A model generated the notes under the pieces. The model did no database searches. It saw nothing but the letters and a program-made list of their open reading frames with translations, and was not told the origin of the DNA. Source: Trichodelitschia bisporula (lineage: Eukaryota). Taken from it: DNA of 64,000 nt. Shown one piece after another: positions 26,071-38,745 of the stretch (its first letter is position 1; each line of letters starts with the position of its first letter). The DNA lies in NCBI GenBank assembly GCA_010356995.1, contig ML996688.1, forward strand, positions 1,648,579 through 1,712,578, read 5' to 3'. Position numbers and translations under genes: made by a program.

Positions 26071-26849
26071 GGTGGTCGTCATGGTGCGGTCGTGGTTGTG
26101 TAGACAGGGGAGGAATCCAGGAAGGTTGCGCTGCATGGCTTGTATGAGAGACTCTTCGAGACTCTTTGTGCTCATGGGTCTGGTGTCCCGGATGTTTTCA
26201 ATGGGCGGAGCAACCATAAGCAGACCTTAAATGGACGAATCAACAGCTTTCTGCACAGCAACGGGAAGAGATTCCTAGATCACGTAGTTCGCATGTTGAT
26301 ATCCTTCGTCTACCCAATGGTACTTGTGAATCTCCGGCTTTCTATATTTTGTGCCACGTGCGTGTGATTTCCCGAAGTATTGCGACAATGCGTCGTCCCT
26401 GTACGGATGTAGATGGTTCAGTGGTGATGGCTCGGCGACGACGGCTCAGCGTTCGCAGTCAATCATTCCAGTCCTTGACATATTGCCCAAACAAAAACGA
26501 GGAACCGATGTGTCTGAGCATCAGTGTAGAGGGTAAAACTAGACTGGCGGAATGAAAGCCCTGTAACGGGGACTTGGAACTTTGTTGATTCCAGCGGCGG
26601 AAGCGCATCCCAAAACCGCCAAGCCATGGCATCAAGAAACGGACCCTGGTCACCGGCCGCGGCGCCTCGCGCCGGTATCTTTGGCAGAGCTCCGGAGAAC
26701 TTCGCATCGAGTCCCCGATCTGGATTTTCTGCCTTAATTCTTCTGCGATAGAGGCACTTCTCGGTTCACTCTTTCCCTTGTAGTTTAGGGCGACATGACT
26801 TGACATCCTTTGTGCGCGTCCACTTGCTTGCGATAGTGCTACTCCTCCA

Positions 26850-29800
26850 ATGGCGGACAACGACGAATTCGACGGCTTCGACGCCTCGAGTCGTCGTAGT
26901 AGCTATGCGACCGAGAGGGGATCCAACTATGGGAGGAGACAGCGGTTCTACAGGCGTGGCTCGAATATGAGCGAGTGCGTGCAGGCTTTTTCGTGAAAGC
27001 ATCTGCTAACAACCGCAGGGCGAGCTTCATGACTGACGTTGAGATGGCGACGGAAGAGGTACACACTCGCTTCCAGGGCTTCCACATGGCGACGCGCGGC
27101 TGATTTTCTAGGTCTTTTCTGGCCCACTTGCTGAAAGCGTTCCGACCAGCGTCTCGTCCTTCGCACACCGCAGGCTCCGGTCTGACTCAAATGCCAGCTT
27201 CGCCTTCTACAATGAGCAACAACGGGGAGAAGATTTGCTTGAAGAGGAGGCTATCGAAGACGGGATGGACGATTTGGAAGCCGGATCGATACGCGGATCT
27301 ACGGTAGACTCGGCGTCGATCCGACCGTCGCTCCGACCTTCGCTCCGCCCGTCGCTGAGCCGCAAGCTCTCGGATGCGTCTCATCGCGATACGGAGGAGC
27401 CCTTGCTCCTGCGGCGCATGTCGACTTCATCAAGCTCACACAGCCGTGCGCACAGGCGAGAAGGGAGACTGAGCCAGAAGATATACATCTTGACCGAGGA
27501 TCTCACGATCGTCGTCGCCGGCTTCAAAACGTCATCCATTGGATTCGCGGTATACATCACGCTCTGCGTGTGTACGGTGGGCCTAGCCTGGCTGCTGTTC
27601 CGGTGGATCCCACGATGGCGGGTTAACCTGGTCGGCCGCGCTACACCTCTACGAGACTGTGACTGGGTTGTCGTCGAAAACCAGTGGGGCGAGATGTCGG
27701 TACAGGATGTGCTGAAGCAGTCGTATGGCCGATCGTTATCCTCCGTCTTTGGCAGCGAGGAGAAGATGGGATACCATACGTACGACGAAGACGATGACCC
27801 CATTCTCAGGCAGCTCCGCTCGCTCGACTACAGATACATCCGCTTCTGCTTTCACCCACTCAAGGACAAGTTTCTTCTTGGGATCAGCTGGAAAGACCCG
27901 TCATGGAACGATGTTCAGGCTGTGCGCTTGGGGCTCGACAATGAAGAAAAGGACTACCGGGAACGGGTTTTTGGCAAGAACCTCATCGACATCGAGGAGA
28001 AGTCTACTAGCCAGCTGCTAGTCGACGAGGCCTTCCACCCATTCTATGTTTTCCAGATCGCCAGTCTCGTCCTCTGGTCCGTGGACGAGTATTATTACTA
28101 TGCCGGCTGCATTTTCGTCATCTCGTTGGTCAGCATCACGACTACCCTAATCGAAACGAAGCAGACCATGCGGCGGCTGCGCGAGGTCTCGAAGTTCGAG
28201 TGCGACGTCCGTGTTCTCCGTAATGGGTTCTGGAACACCGTCGAGTCGAGCGAGCTGGTTCCTGGCGATATCTATGAAGTCACCGACCCGAGTCTCTCGC
28301 TCTTCCCTTGCGACAGCCTTCTTCTTTCTGGGGACTGCATCGTCAACGAGAGTATGCTCACGGGCGAGTCGGTTCCCGTCTCTAAATCGCCTGCATCAGA
28401 TGAGGCTCTACAGCTCCTCAGTCTCGGAGGAGCCTCCATCCACCCAGACGTTGCCAGACATGTTCTCTTTAGCGGCACCAAGATTATCAGAGCTCGTCGG
28501 CCGCATGACGATTCCGATGATGAAGAGGCTGCCGCTATCGCCATGGTTGTCCGGACTGGGTTCAACACTACGAAAGGCGCCCTTGTTCGCTCCATGCTCT
28601 TCCCTAAACCCTCGGGCTTCAAGTTCTACCGCGACTCCTTCCGGTACATCTCAGTCATGGGCATGTTTGCTGCGCTGGGATTTATCGCCTCGTTCATCAA
28701 TTTTGTCCGTCTCGGACTGCAGTGGCATCTCATCGTGGTTCGGGCGTTGGACTTAATTACCATCGTTGTACCGCCAGCATTACCCGCGACGCTCACCATT
28801 GGTACCAACTTTGCGCTCTCGCGACTCAAGAACAAGAAGATCTTCTGCATCAGCCCACAGCGAGTCAACGTTGGCGGCAAGCTTGATGTGGTATGCTTCG
28901 ACAAGACAGGCACGCTTACTGAAGACGGACTCGATGTGCTCGGCGTTCGTGTCGCTCAGAAGCACCGGTTCACCGACATATTAACAGACATCGGAGCCAT
29001 TGCACCTCAAACAGCGCGTGATCGCGATCCTACCATAGACTTTAAGGCAAATAAAGCAGTGTTGTTCACCATGGCTACTTGCCACACGCTGAAGAGTATC
29101 GATGGCGAGCTTCTCGGTGACCCGCTGGACATGAAAATGTTCGAGTTCACTGGATGGACCTTTGAAGAGGGCCAGCACCGCGGCGGCTCGGATGAAGACG
29201 GCGCTACCAAGCTCTCGCCATCTGTGGCCCGGCCTCCACCTGGAATGCATTTCGATATCGACGGCAGCAAGGATCCCGTTGAACTCGGCATTTTAAGGTC
29301 CTTCGAGTTTATCTCGCAGCTGCGGCGAGCCAGCGTCATTGTCCGGCAGTACGGATCCCAAGGCGCAGAGATCTACGTCAAAGGGGCTCCGGAGTGCATG
29401 AAGGAGATCTGCCTTCCCGAGAGTTTCCCGCCTCAGTATGATGAGTTACTAGGCTACTACACCCAGCGCGGATACCGCGTCATCGGCTGCGCGACAAAGT
29501 CGATGCCCAGGCTCAACTGGATCAAGGCCCAGAAGATGAGCCGCGAGGACGTCGAGTCAGACCTGCACTTCAGCGGTTTCATCATCTTCGAGAACAAGCT
29601 CAAGCCCTGCACCGCAGAAATCATAAGCGAGCTTGGCCGGGCAAATATCCGGACCGTGATGTGCACCGGCGATAACATCCTGACCGCCATCAGTGTTGCC
29701 CGGGAGTGTAACCTGGTCGACCCGAACGCGCACTGCTTCGCGCCGCACTTTGTCGAGGGCAACTCGCGCTCCGCGTTGTCAAAACTCGTCTGGCAAAGCG

Positions 29801-31009
29801 TCGACAACGCCTCCTTCGAGCTCGACGAAAACACGCTGAAGCCGCAGCCTGCGCCACCGGGTAGCGACGCCTCGCTCCCTTACGATATTATGAATCTACG
29901 GAACTACACCCTAGCTGTGAGTGGTGATGTATTCCGCTGGATTATCGACTTCGCACCCGAGCAAGTGATGCGCGAGATGCTGGTCCGCGGACAGGTTTTT
30001 GCGCGCATGTCGCCGGATGAGAAGCACGAGTTGGTGGAGAAGCTGCAGAGCATCGACTACTGCTGCGGGTTCTGCGGCGACGGGGCGAATGACTGCGGTG
30101 CGCTCAAGGCAGCGGATGTGGGCATCTCACTGTCGGAGGCAGAGGCCTCGGTCGCGGCGCCCTTTACGAGCCGCGTCTTCGACATTTCGTGCGTGCCGGA
30201 GGTTATTCGCGAGGGCCGCGCGTCGCTGGTGACCAGCTTCAGCTGCTTCAAGTACATGAGCCTGTACTCGGCGATCCAGTTCACGTCCGTCAGCTTCTTG
30301 TATGCGTCGGCGTCGAACCTGGGCGACTTCCAGTTCTTGTACATTGACCTGCTGCTCATTTTGCCGATTGCTATCTTCATGGGCTGGTCCGGGCCGTATC
30401 CTGTGCTTTCGCAGAAGCGCCCGACGGCGAGTCTAGTGAGCCGCAAGGTGCTGACGCCGCTGATCGGGCAGATTTTGCTTGCGATCTTGCTGCAGTTGAT
30501 TGGGTTTGAGGCGGTGCAGAAGCAGCCGTGGTACCAACCGCCTGTGCTGGATCGGAAGCATTCTAACTCGAAGAACTCGCAGAACACGACGCTGTTTTTG
30601 CTGAGCTGTTATCAGTACATATTTGCTGCGATTATCCTGAGTGTAGGGCCGCCGTTTAGGCAGCCGATGAGCCGGAATAGTAAGTTGACGGTTGTTTGTT
30701 GGATAGACGTTGCTAACCAGTTTAGTGCCGTTCGTGGTCACGATGGTGACTGCGCTCCTGCTCTCGACTTATCTACTTGTCGGCCCAGCGGCCTGGCTGT
30801 ACAACCTCATGGAGCTGACATACATGGATGCCGGTTTCAAGGCATTCATTCTTGTCGTTGGAGTTGCCGGGTTCATGATTAGTTACCTGGGGGAGACATT
30901 CTTGTTCCAATACCTCGCTAAGTGGATCGGGCACCTGAAAGTACGGCTGGCGAAGGGACAGGGCAAGAAGCGGAAGGAGTACAAGCTCATACTGGACGGC
31001 AAGGTATGA
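26850..31009 (+). CDS. YPK9: P5B-type ATPase (Ypk9/ATP13A2 family, polyamine transport)
   Basis: ESMLTGES, P5B-type VVPPALP, DKTGTLT phosphorylation site, KGAPE, TGDN, FARMSPDEK, CGDGANDCGALK; introns ~26975-27018, ~27059-27111, ~30680-30725. Confidence 0.95.
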
Positions 31010-31090
31010 TAGACGGATAATGTTTTGAGCGGCTCAATGCCTGAAGCTTCGGGATATCTGTACATACGGTAACTGTTATCCCAACCCACA

Positions 31091-31573
31091 TCACTGCACA
31101 CAAACCATCTTAACCTTCCCACTCAACCGCACCGGCCACCCCGCCTCACAATACACCGCAATTCCCTCCTCGAACACCACCCTGCGTTCCCCAAATACGA
31201 GCTCGGGCTCGTAGCCTGTGTCTTCGACCTGTGCACAGATGAGCACCTGCGGTCGTTCTAGGTTGCACACGACTAGATCCTCTAGCACAACGGGGAGGCG
31301 GACTACGCCGAGGAGGGTGAAGGGCTGGGTAGTCAGACTGCATGTCTAAAATAGTAGCTTAGGGACAAGCCAGAGGATGCTCACATGGCCACCTAGCTCG
31401 GCGGATAAGGCTGAGAGAAGGGGCGTCCCGCGCTTGATTAGATCAGGACTGACGCATTCTTCGATGGGACAGGAGGCGCGCCAGTCGTGGGGGCCGGAGA
31501 TGTAGGTGAGGAAGGAGTCGAGGGTCTCGCGGGTCGCGGATGTTAGGGGGAGGAAATCGAAGTGGGAGGGCAT
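31091..31573 (-). CDS. Hypothetical 147-aa protein (two exons)
   Basis: ATG at 31573; 39-nt intron GTGAGC...CTAAG...TAG (31346-31384) joins two ORF-track fragments in frame. Confidence 0.5.
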
Positions 31574-34077
31574 TGGGTGGGTTAGGGATGTGGACTGTGG
31601 GTTTGGTGGGCGGGATGAGCGTAGGAAGGGCTCTATGTCATGATCTACGGCTTACATATAAGGGTTGCTTTTGCTCTGGACAGCTGTCGCTCTGATGCTG
31701 AAGTGTTGTTGTACATAGCGAGATGAGGCGGGTGGATCCGCTGCGGGTGCTGGCAGACGGAGAGGATGCCAGGTCCGCCGGTCCACATGTCCGGTATGCG
31801 GGTGTGCCTCAGCGGAGGAGAGGCGGCGTTGAACGGCATCTCGCATTTAAGGGATATATCTGGAGAGTGAGAGCATATTGCACGTTGCACGTGCGTTTGT
31901 TGTACTTTGATACTGTATACATGACGCCATGCATGTCGTCGGTGGACCTTGAGCGAGGGCTAGAACTAGATGTCCGGAGCTGGCTCCTTGTCAGCGTCAT
32001 TATCGACCCTGCATGCAAGGAACGAAAGCCACCGCCGCAAACGCCTCATTTACGCCCCCAAAAACGCCTGAGGTGGCTCGCAACTCAAAACTCAGGCACC
32101 AGCCCCGCACGCATCACCGGTGACGTAATGCTCAACTATTACGTCTCTCTCGCCGCTCAGGGAAGCCGTCATGGAAATCTCAACACCAAACAAACGGCTT
32201 CAAGGGAGCACAAGGCTGAAACATAACAAAAAGGGCAGCAATTGACGATCACCCCCTTTTTCCGATCGCATGTTGTGCCACGGCTGGCGGCCAATGCCTC
32301 TGCGCCGGCCCAGTTCCCGTCGCGGGCTTGTCCAACTTTTTCGTTGCGGATTACCCGCTGCTGAGGCCGAGTGCGAAGCGCCACCTCGGAGTCTTCGGCC
32401 CAAGTGTGAAGCACACTCGCCCAAATTTGCGGTGACCCTTGTCTAGGTAATCATGGCATTATTTTGTTCAGTTGGAGAGATTGAAGACTGCTTCTACTAC
32501 TATCCCGCTAAAGATAGGTGGGTGGGTTAAGCGATGCAGGTATGACTGCGGGGCGGGCTGCATAATCCGCCCGCCAGCACTTTCCGCGAGCTGCCGGCTG
32601 ATGGAATAATGAGGCCCAGCGAGCAGTAGCAGCTTTTGGAGCAAAAGCTCTTCTTGTGCGAAGCTGACCTTGGAAGCAAAGTGAGGTGGAAACAAGCGGC
32701 CAGGTGCTTCTGGCTGGAATATTTACCACGCCGTTGACCCCGCTGAGCCTAAGTCTGGGCCTCCGTCTCTCCCGCTTTTAATCCAACTCCTGCCTTGATC
32801 TTACGCGCACTTGAACACTTTTGAGTGTGCTAGCCGCGGGTCTGGTTCCATACTTTGTTCTATTCATTAGGTTACCTCCTCCGACCTACAACTTTGCGTT
32901 CGCCGGTCGTCACTCTGTGCGAAAGTGCGAAAATCCTACATCATCATCATCCCGTAGCCGTCCTTGCGCCCCCCCAGTCGAGATCGACACCGCGTCCCTC
33001 ATCAGCCAAGCGTACGCCTCCCCGCAGTCTACGTACGGTTCAGGCAAAGCTTCTCAGCAATTCAGCCCCAGAAGGCGAACGGCTAGAGCCGCGCACACAG
33101 CTTTCCCATCTCGCACGAGACGAGGGAAATACCCGAACCAACCTGAGAGCTTCCCAACCGACGCAGGAGCAGCACAAGGCGTTAACGCACGGGCACGAGG
33201 AAGCGAAATCGCCGTCATGACGGGTAACTCAATGATTGAGGTGCGTTTGGATGGGGCTTCTTCCAAGTTTTTTTTTCTACTTCGGCTCATGTCGTTCATT
33301 GCCCCTCCTCCTTGCCCCGCGCTGGGGGAGTGGGCTCCGTCGGGTCGAGGCATGCCCGTCCGTAATTCGGGACCCTGACGTGGTTGAGCCCAATGATGGA
33401 TGCTGCTGTTTTTGGCTGCTGTTTTTGGCTGCTGTTGCGTATTTTCCCGCTGTTTTGCTTGCCAGGGAAACGAGAGGGTCAAGAGTCAACAGAACGTCAA
33501 TGAGCCAGCCTTTTGCTTTTGTCAGGCTCTCGCTGACGTTCTTTTGACAACTCTTGACCCACCTCTTTAAGCAAAGCAGCGGAAAAGGGCACTCCACAGG
33601 TCTGCAACGGCTTCAAAATCTTGGCTTCATCCTCTCCACAGATTGAGGGTTTGGCATGCAGATGACCCTGATTACTAAGGCACCCAACCACCCCTCCATC
33701 TCGCGACGTCATCGGTCTTTGGGCTTTGTTGATGTATTCTCTGCCCTCCCCTTCCCTCCTTCCCCCTCATCCTGACCTCTGGGCATTCATCAAATCCACC
33801 AAGCACTTCCCCTCACAAAACCAAGTCGCGAAACCCTAAACGGCAAAAGAGAAGAAGCAGCAGCAGCCGCTCAACAAAAGGGAAAGAGGCGTCACAGTAC
33901 CCTCTTCTCTCATTCGTACCTGCCCTCTTTCACCCGTCCCAAATTACGTCGGACTCTCTCCAAGCTATTCATCATTCGTCATTTGCCCTTGAGCCTACTT
34001 CTTTGCTACTCCCTTTTCGTCACTACTTCCTTCCTTCCTCCCCCCCCCCACCACTCACCCCTCAGACATCACACATC

Positions 34078-34078
<1 letters not shown>

Positions 34079-34140
<62 letters not shown>
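34079..34140 (+). repeat. Poly(C) homopolymer, 62 nt
   Basis: Uninterrupted C run ~145 nt upstream of the kinase ATG. Confidence 0.95.
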
Positions 34141-34142
<2 letters not shown>

Positions 34143-34285
34143 GCCCCTACCTCACCCTTCACACACCCTCCCCCAAGCTACTACATCTTCATCCTGCAGA
34201 CAAAGCCTCCCTTCCCCCGATCAACCCCACTTTCTTACAAACCTTCTTCCCCCCACACTCCTCCCTCCACACTCTGCTCACCATC

Positions 34286-36499
34286 ATGGACACCCTACAG
34301 ACCTTCAAAAACCTGATCCGCCACGGCAGGCAAGCTCGCGGAGCCGAACCAGCAACCTCAAACGTCCATGCCGAGCGGACACACCGTCACGTTCACGCTC
34401 ACACCGATCCCAACATTCCCGATGTCAACCCGCCTCCACCAAATCCCCCCCATGGAGATTTCTCCGCTGCTGCTGTCGACAACCGCGGCGTGGCTGCTCG
34501 CGCTAACGACGTAGCTGCGCGCGCTGTTGACGATGCCCGCAAGCGGGACGCAGCCAAAGAGGCTACGGCTAAGGCTGCGAAATCGAAGGACATCGATCCC
34601 TCGGTCCTGGAACGCATCGTGGCGGAGGAGCGCGAGAGCAAGGGCAAGCTGCCCAAATATCCCGGTCTCGATCGCTATGTATTGCAGGAGAAGATGGGCG
34701 ACGGTGCCTTCAGTAACGTCTATCGTGCCCGTGACACGACTGGGGAATACGGCGAGGTTGCCATCAAGGTGGTTAGAAAGTTTGAGATGAACTCAAGCCA
34801 GGTTCGTGTCAAATTCCCTTCCCGCGTTGATTTTTTACGAGTTTTCGTGATTTGCCTGCTTTTCTTTTCTTCATCGAACCTGGCCAACGTTGTGGGAACG
34901 GTCTAGGGCGATGACGTTTTACATCCGGACTTCAAAAAAGCGCCCAAAACCGTGGAGGTGCGACTCCCACTCCGACTTCCTTCATGAACCTTTTGAGCGT
35001 GTTTGTAGAGACTTGAGAGTAGGTGCTGACGTCAGTCCCAGCGTGCCAACATCCTCAAGGAGGTCCAAATTATGCGAAACCTGGACCACCCCAACATCGT
35101 CAAGCTCGTCGAGTTCTCCGAAGCTCGGCAGTACTACTACATTGTTCTCGAACTGTGCCCCGGCGGAGAGCTGTTCCATCAGATCGTTCGTCTTACCTAC
35201 TTTAGCGAGAACCTTGCGCGTCACGTCATCGTTCAGGTGGCCAAAGCTCTCGAGTATCTGCACGAAGAAGCTGGCGTCGTCCATCGGTGAGTATCTCGGT
35301 GATGATGGTGAGGGGTTTGCTGACGTCATGGTAGTGACATCAAGCCTGAGAATCTTCTCTTCTACCCGACACCCTTCATCCCTTCCAAGAATCGGAAAAC
35401 GAAGGCGACTGATGAAGAAGACAAGGCCGACGAGGGCGAGTTCATTCCGGGCGTCGGTGCTGGTGGCATCGGCGTCATCAAGATTGCCGACTTTGGCCTG
35501 TCCAAGGTCATCTGGGACAGTCAGACGATGACTCCCTGCGGCACGGTTGGATATACCGCACCGGAAATCGTCAAGGATGAGCGGTACTCTAAGAGCGTCG
35601 ACATGTGGGCCATGGGTTGCGTGCTGTACACGCTTCTCTGCGGCTTCCCGCCCTTCTACGACGAGAGCATCCAGACGCTCACCGAAAAGGTCGCCCGCGG
35701 CCAGTACACCTTCCTCTCGCCCTGGTGGGACGACATCTCCAAGTCCGCGCAGGACTTGGTTTCCCATCTCCTCACGGTCGACCCGGCGAAACGTTACGGC
35801 ATCAAAGAGTTCTTGAACCACCCGTGGATCAAGGAGTCTCAAGAGCCGACGTACCCTGCTGCCGATGCGCCTCCACTGGCAACCCCTCTCCCTCAAGAAC
35901 AACCTCAGGAGAAGAACTTCCCTCCGCTTTCGTACCTCGAGGAAGCCACTCCTGGCGGCGGCCCGGCGCGTCGCATGGACTTCCGCTCACCCGGCGCCGT
36001 CAACTTGCGCGAGCTGTTTGACGTCGGCTACGCTGTGCATCGCCAGGAGGAGGAAGCGAAGCGGCGGACGCGTTTCGGCGGGCGGGGTATGAACAACCTC
36101 AACGCCTTGAATGAGGAGGACATGGACGAGGATGAATCACACAACATCTCGCTGTCGGCGCCGTACTCGCACGGCGAGCACGAAGGTCCGCCAGCCAAGG
36201 TGCCTCGCAACGCGGATGTCGGTTCTGTGGAGCGGCAGATGCGGAACGCGAGCTTGAGCGCTGCGGCACAGGCGCGGAAGCCAGGTGGCACTACAGCGGC
36301 ACCGCGAAGCAGTCGTGCCCAGGGCTACGGTCAACACTCTCCCGAGGTAGCGCAGGCGGCGCGGAAACAGGTGCGCAACCGCGCGGCTGGGCAGTTCGAG
36401 CTGAGCCTGGATAATGCAACGCTGCTGGGCCGTCGTGGAAAGAAGGGTGACGGGGAAGGTGGGAATCCGAGCCCGTTGGGTAGAGAGCTTAGGGTGTGA
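34286..36499 (+). CDS. SRK1: Stress-activated CAMK/MAPKAP-like kinase (Srk1/Rck2/SrkA)
   Basis: MDTLQTFKNLIRHG, MGDGAFSNVY, VAIKVVRK, HR/DIKPEN, GVGAGGIGVIKIADFGLSK, TPCGTVGYTAPE, DFRSPGAVNLRELFDV, FELSLDNATLLGRR; introns 34802-34906, 34958-35041, ~35287-35334. Confidence 0.93.
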
Positions 36500-37065
36500 G
36501 ACTTGGAGGCGTTGTAGACGGGTAGTAGGTACATGGTCCACTTTTCCTCTGGTTTTAAGATGAGCTTGACTGGACTGGTGTGATGGAAATTATGGCTTGC
36601 ATTTCTGGGTCGCTTTGTATGTCTCTTTTTCCTGTGCTGAGCTTTTGTCCGGCGGAATTGAGTGTGCGTTTCGGGAGCTGGTGCTGGGGTTGGAACGGGT
36701 TCGTAGGTATGGATTTATCATGCTTGATGCTGCAAGGGTGGGTAGAGAGCGTGTTCCCGGTGCTTTAAGTGTTGGTAGAAAAATGCCACTCATTGCGATG
36801 AGGGTTTGAGAATCGCATCATCGAGCTGTACATTTGCCTCTAATGCGTAGTGCACTGCCCAGCGCGAACGCAAGGCTGCTCAATCTAACCGTCACTCTCT
36901 CCTCACCACATCAACTTCAATACCCACGTAGACCTTTGTAGCTTGGTGTTTCCAGTGGACGTGGCTTCTGGCGGTCGCCCGGGGAAAATCGTATTGAGGT
37001 CCGGGAAAGCCTTGGCTCCAGCAACAAAGGAAATATCAGAAAGTGCACCATCAATAAGCCCAACT

Positions 37066-37136
37066 GCGCCGGTAGTTTAAGGGTAGAATTTAGCCTTCCC
37101 AAGGCTGAGGTCCGAGTTCGATTCTCGGCCGGCGCA
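37066..37136 (+). tRNA. tRNA-Gly (CCC)
   Basis: Acceptor stem GCGCCGG/CCGGCGC+A, anticodon arm TAGCC-TTCCCAA-GGCTG, T arm CCGAG-TTCGATT-CTCGG, T-run terminator at ~37140. Confidence 0.95.
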
Positions 37137-38474
37137 CTGTTTTTATCTTGTTCATTAATGGGCACGCCCTTTTTGCTGTTTTGAAGGTGCGTAGATGGTT
37201 GAGAGGTACGGGAAGGTGCGGGGAGGTGTTCGGGACGGAGGATTCGGGACCTCAGCTGCGTTTACGGCGGATATCCACCTGTCCGCTGGCCACTTCAATG
37301 TTCACTTTTGACTTGTAGAACTAATTCTTACTGGAACTCACTGGAATGGCTTTTCAGACACTATGTCGAGGTCATGCATAATGAAGAAAATTCAATCCCA
37401 AATTGCCATCTCATACAAGCGGAACCTTATCTTCATGAGCACCTAGCAAGTTCGATTCTAGCTTTCATAATGGAGCATAGCCTAAGCACGAGCGGAAGCA
37501 ACGAAGTTGCAAAGTGAAAGTTGATCATGATTTTTGGATAGCGACAGGATAACTATGGCAAGCCACGATGGACTATCGTGGTACCGCTTCGCCGCTCCCA
37601 TCTCGCTCCTCTCTCTTCGTCTTTTGATGCTCCTTCCAATGGTGATATTTCGCCTGCCTTGAGAGTACACCATCCTCAATCAATAGCTTCCCGCGATGTC
37701 CGAAGCTCTGCTTTTCGGCTAAAGGGTTTGAGACTAGAATCCCTTATCCAACTTCGAGAATCTCGCGCAACAGACCGTCGTTGATGGCGTCCATGGGTAC
37801 TCCATAACACGGTGTGAGGAAAGTGTTGAGAGCGTACCGTTGGATATATGGCTTCGGACCAACCTCTGCGGAGGCCTGGGCGCCGTTGAAGAGGGGGCTG
37901 ATCAAGACATTCGACTCCAAATCAAACATGCCGCGATAGCTCTTCACAGCCGCTCGGTTCAGGGTTGCTGAAGCCGCTTTCCGCTTCCGCCGACACGACT
38001 CGTCCCATGGACTGGTTTCTGCTGAAAAGCCCTGGGTCGAGGAAATCACATCATGGAAAGTGGTACAACCGCGGGCGATCGATGGTACTGGCCGCGTTGC
38101 CGACGTGAATGCGGCGGCTCCCTTGGTACGAGCTGAGAGCAACAGCGTCACGTGGAGCCGAGTCGGACTTGGAACACGGGATACTGGTGCTTCCTCCGTA
38201 GCCTTTGACACGCCGAGGCATGGTCCTTTCCCAGAAGAAGCACATGGCTGGTGAGTGGGAGGGCTCCTGGAATATCTGGAATGCCTTTGATCTTGGGTAT
38301 GCCCGTCCGGCTCAGAAACTAGCTTTGGAGTCAGAGAAATCGAAAAGTCGCCTATGGAAGCACCTATGTGCCAAAGGGAAAGCACCCCTATGGGCACAAG
38401 GTACATGAAGGTAAAGTTTGGATGTGCTCGAGGCCTGGAGATGGTGTTGAATCGACCGAATGCCACGGGGTGCA

Positions 38475-38745
38475 CTTGGTCTCGTCGCTGCTCCAAGGCA
38501 TGAGCTTCGTCATATAAACGAATGAGGTCCGAGGAGCGCGTCCGAGATGTCAACGCCGTTACGTATCGGGAAATAGGGATTTCTCGGCGTGGACTGTCTG
38601 GAAGTCGATGCGCTCCATCAATATATACGCCAGAAAACACCTATTCCTCGATAACTGAGTTAAGATCTCAGACGCGCTCCTGGGATCTCACTCGCTCATA
38701 CGACGAAGCTCATGCTTTTGCTTTTGGATCAACGACAAGACAAAG
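38475..38745. repeat. Long imperfect inverted repeat / fold-back hairpin
   Basis: 38498-38548 versus reverse complement of 38665-38715 match at 44/51 positions; pairing continues inward and outward. Confidence 0.85.

Noticed and set aside
33983..34285. Poly-proline N-terminal extension of the kinase
   Set aside because: Starts at TTG with no ATG and results from the poly(C) tract; the conserved start is MDTLQTFKNLIRHG
34982..35902. Long antisense ORFs (also 30057-30587, 1330-1803, 57737-58216 and others)
   Set aside because: Shadows of codon-biased genes on the opposite strand
37744..38640. 298-aa minus-strand ORF
   Set aside because: Non-ATG start, no recognisable domain, and partly mirrored by a plus-strand ORF because of the inverted repeat
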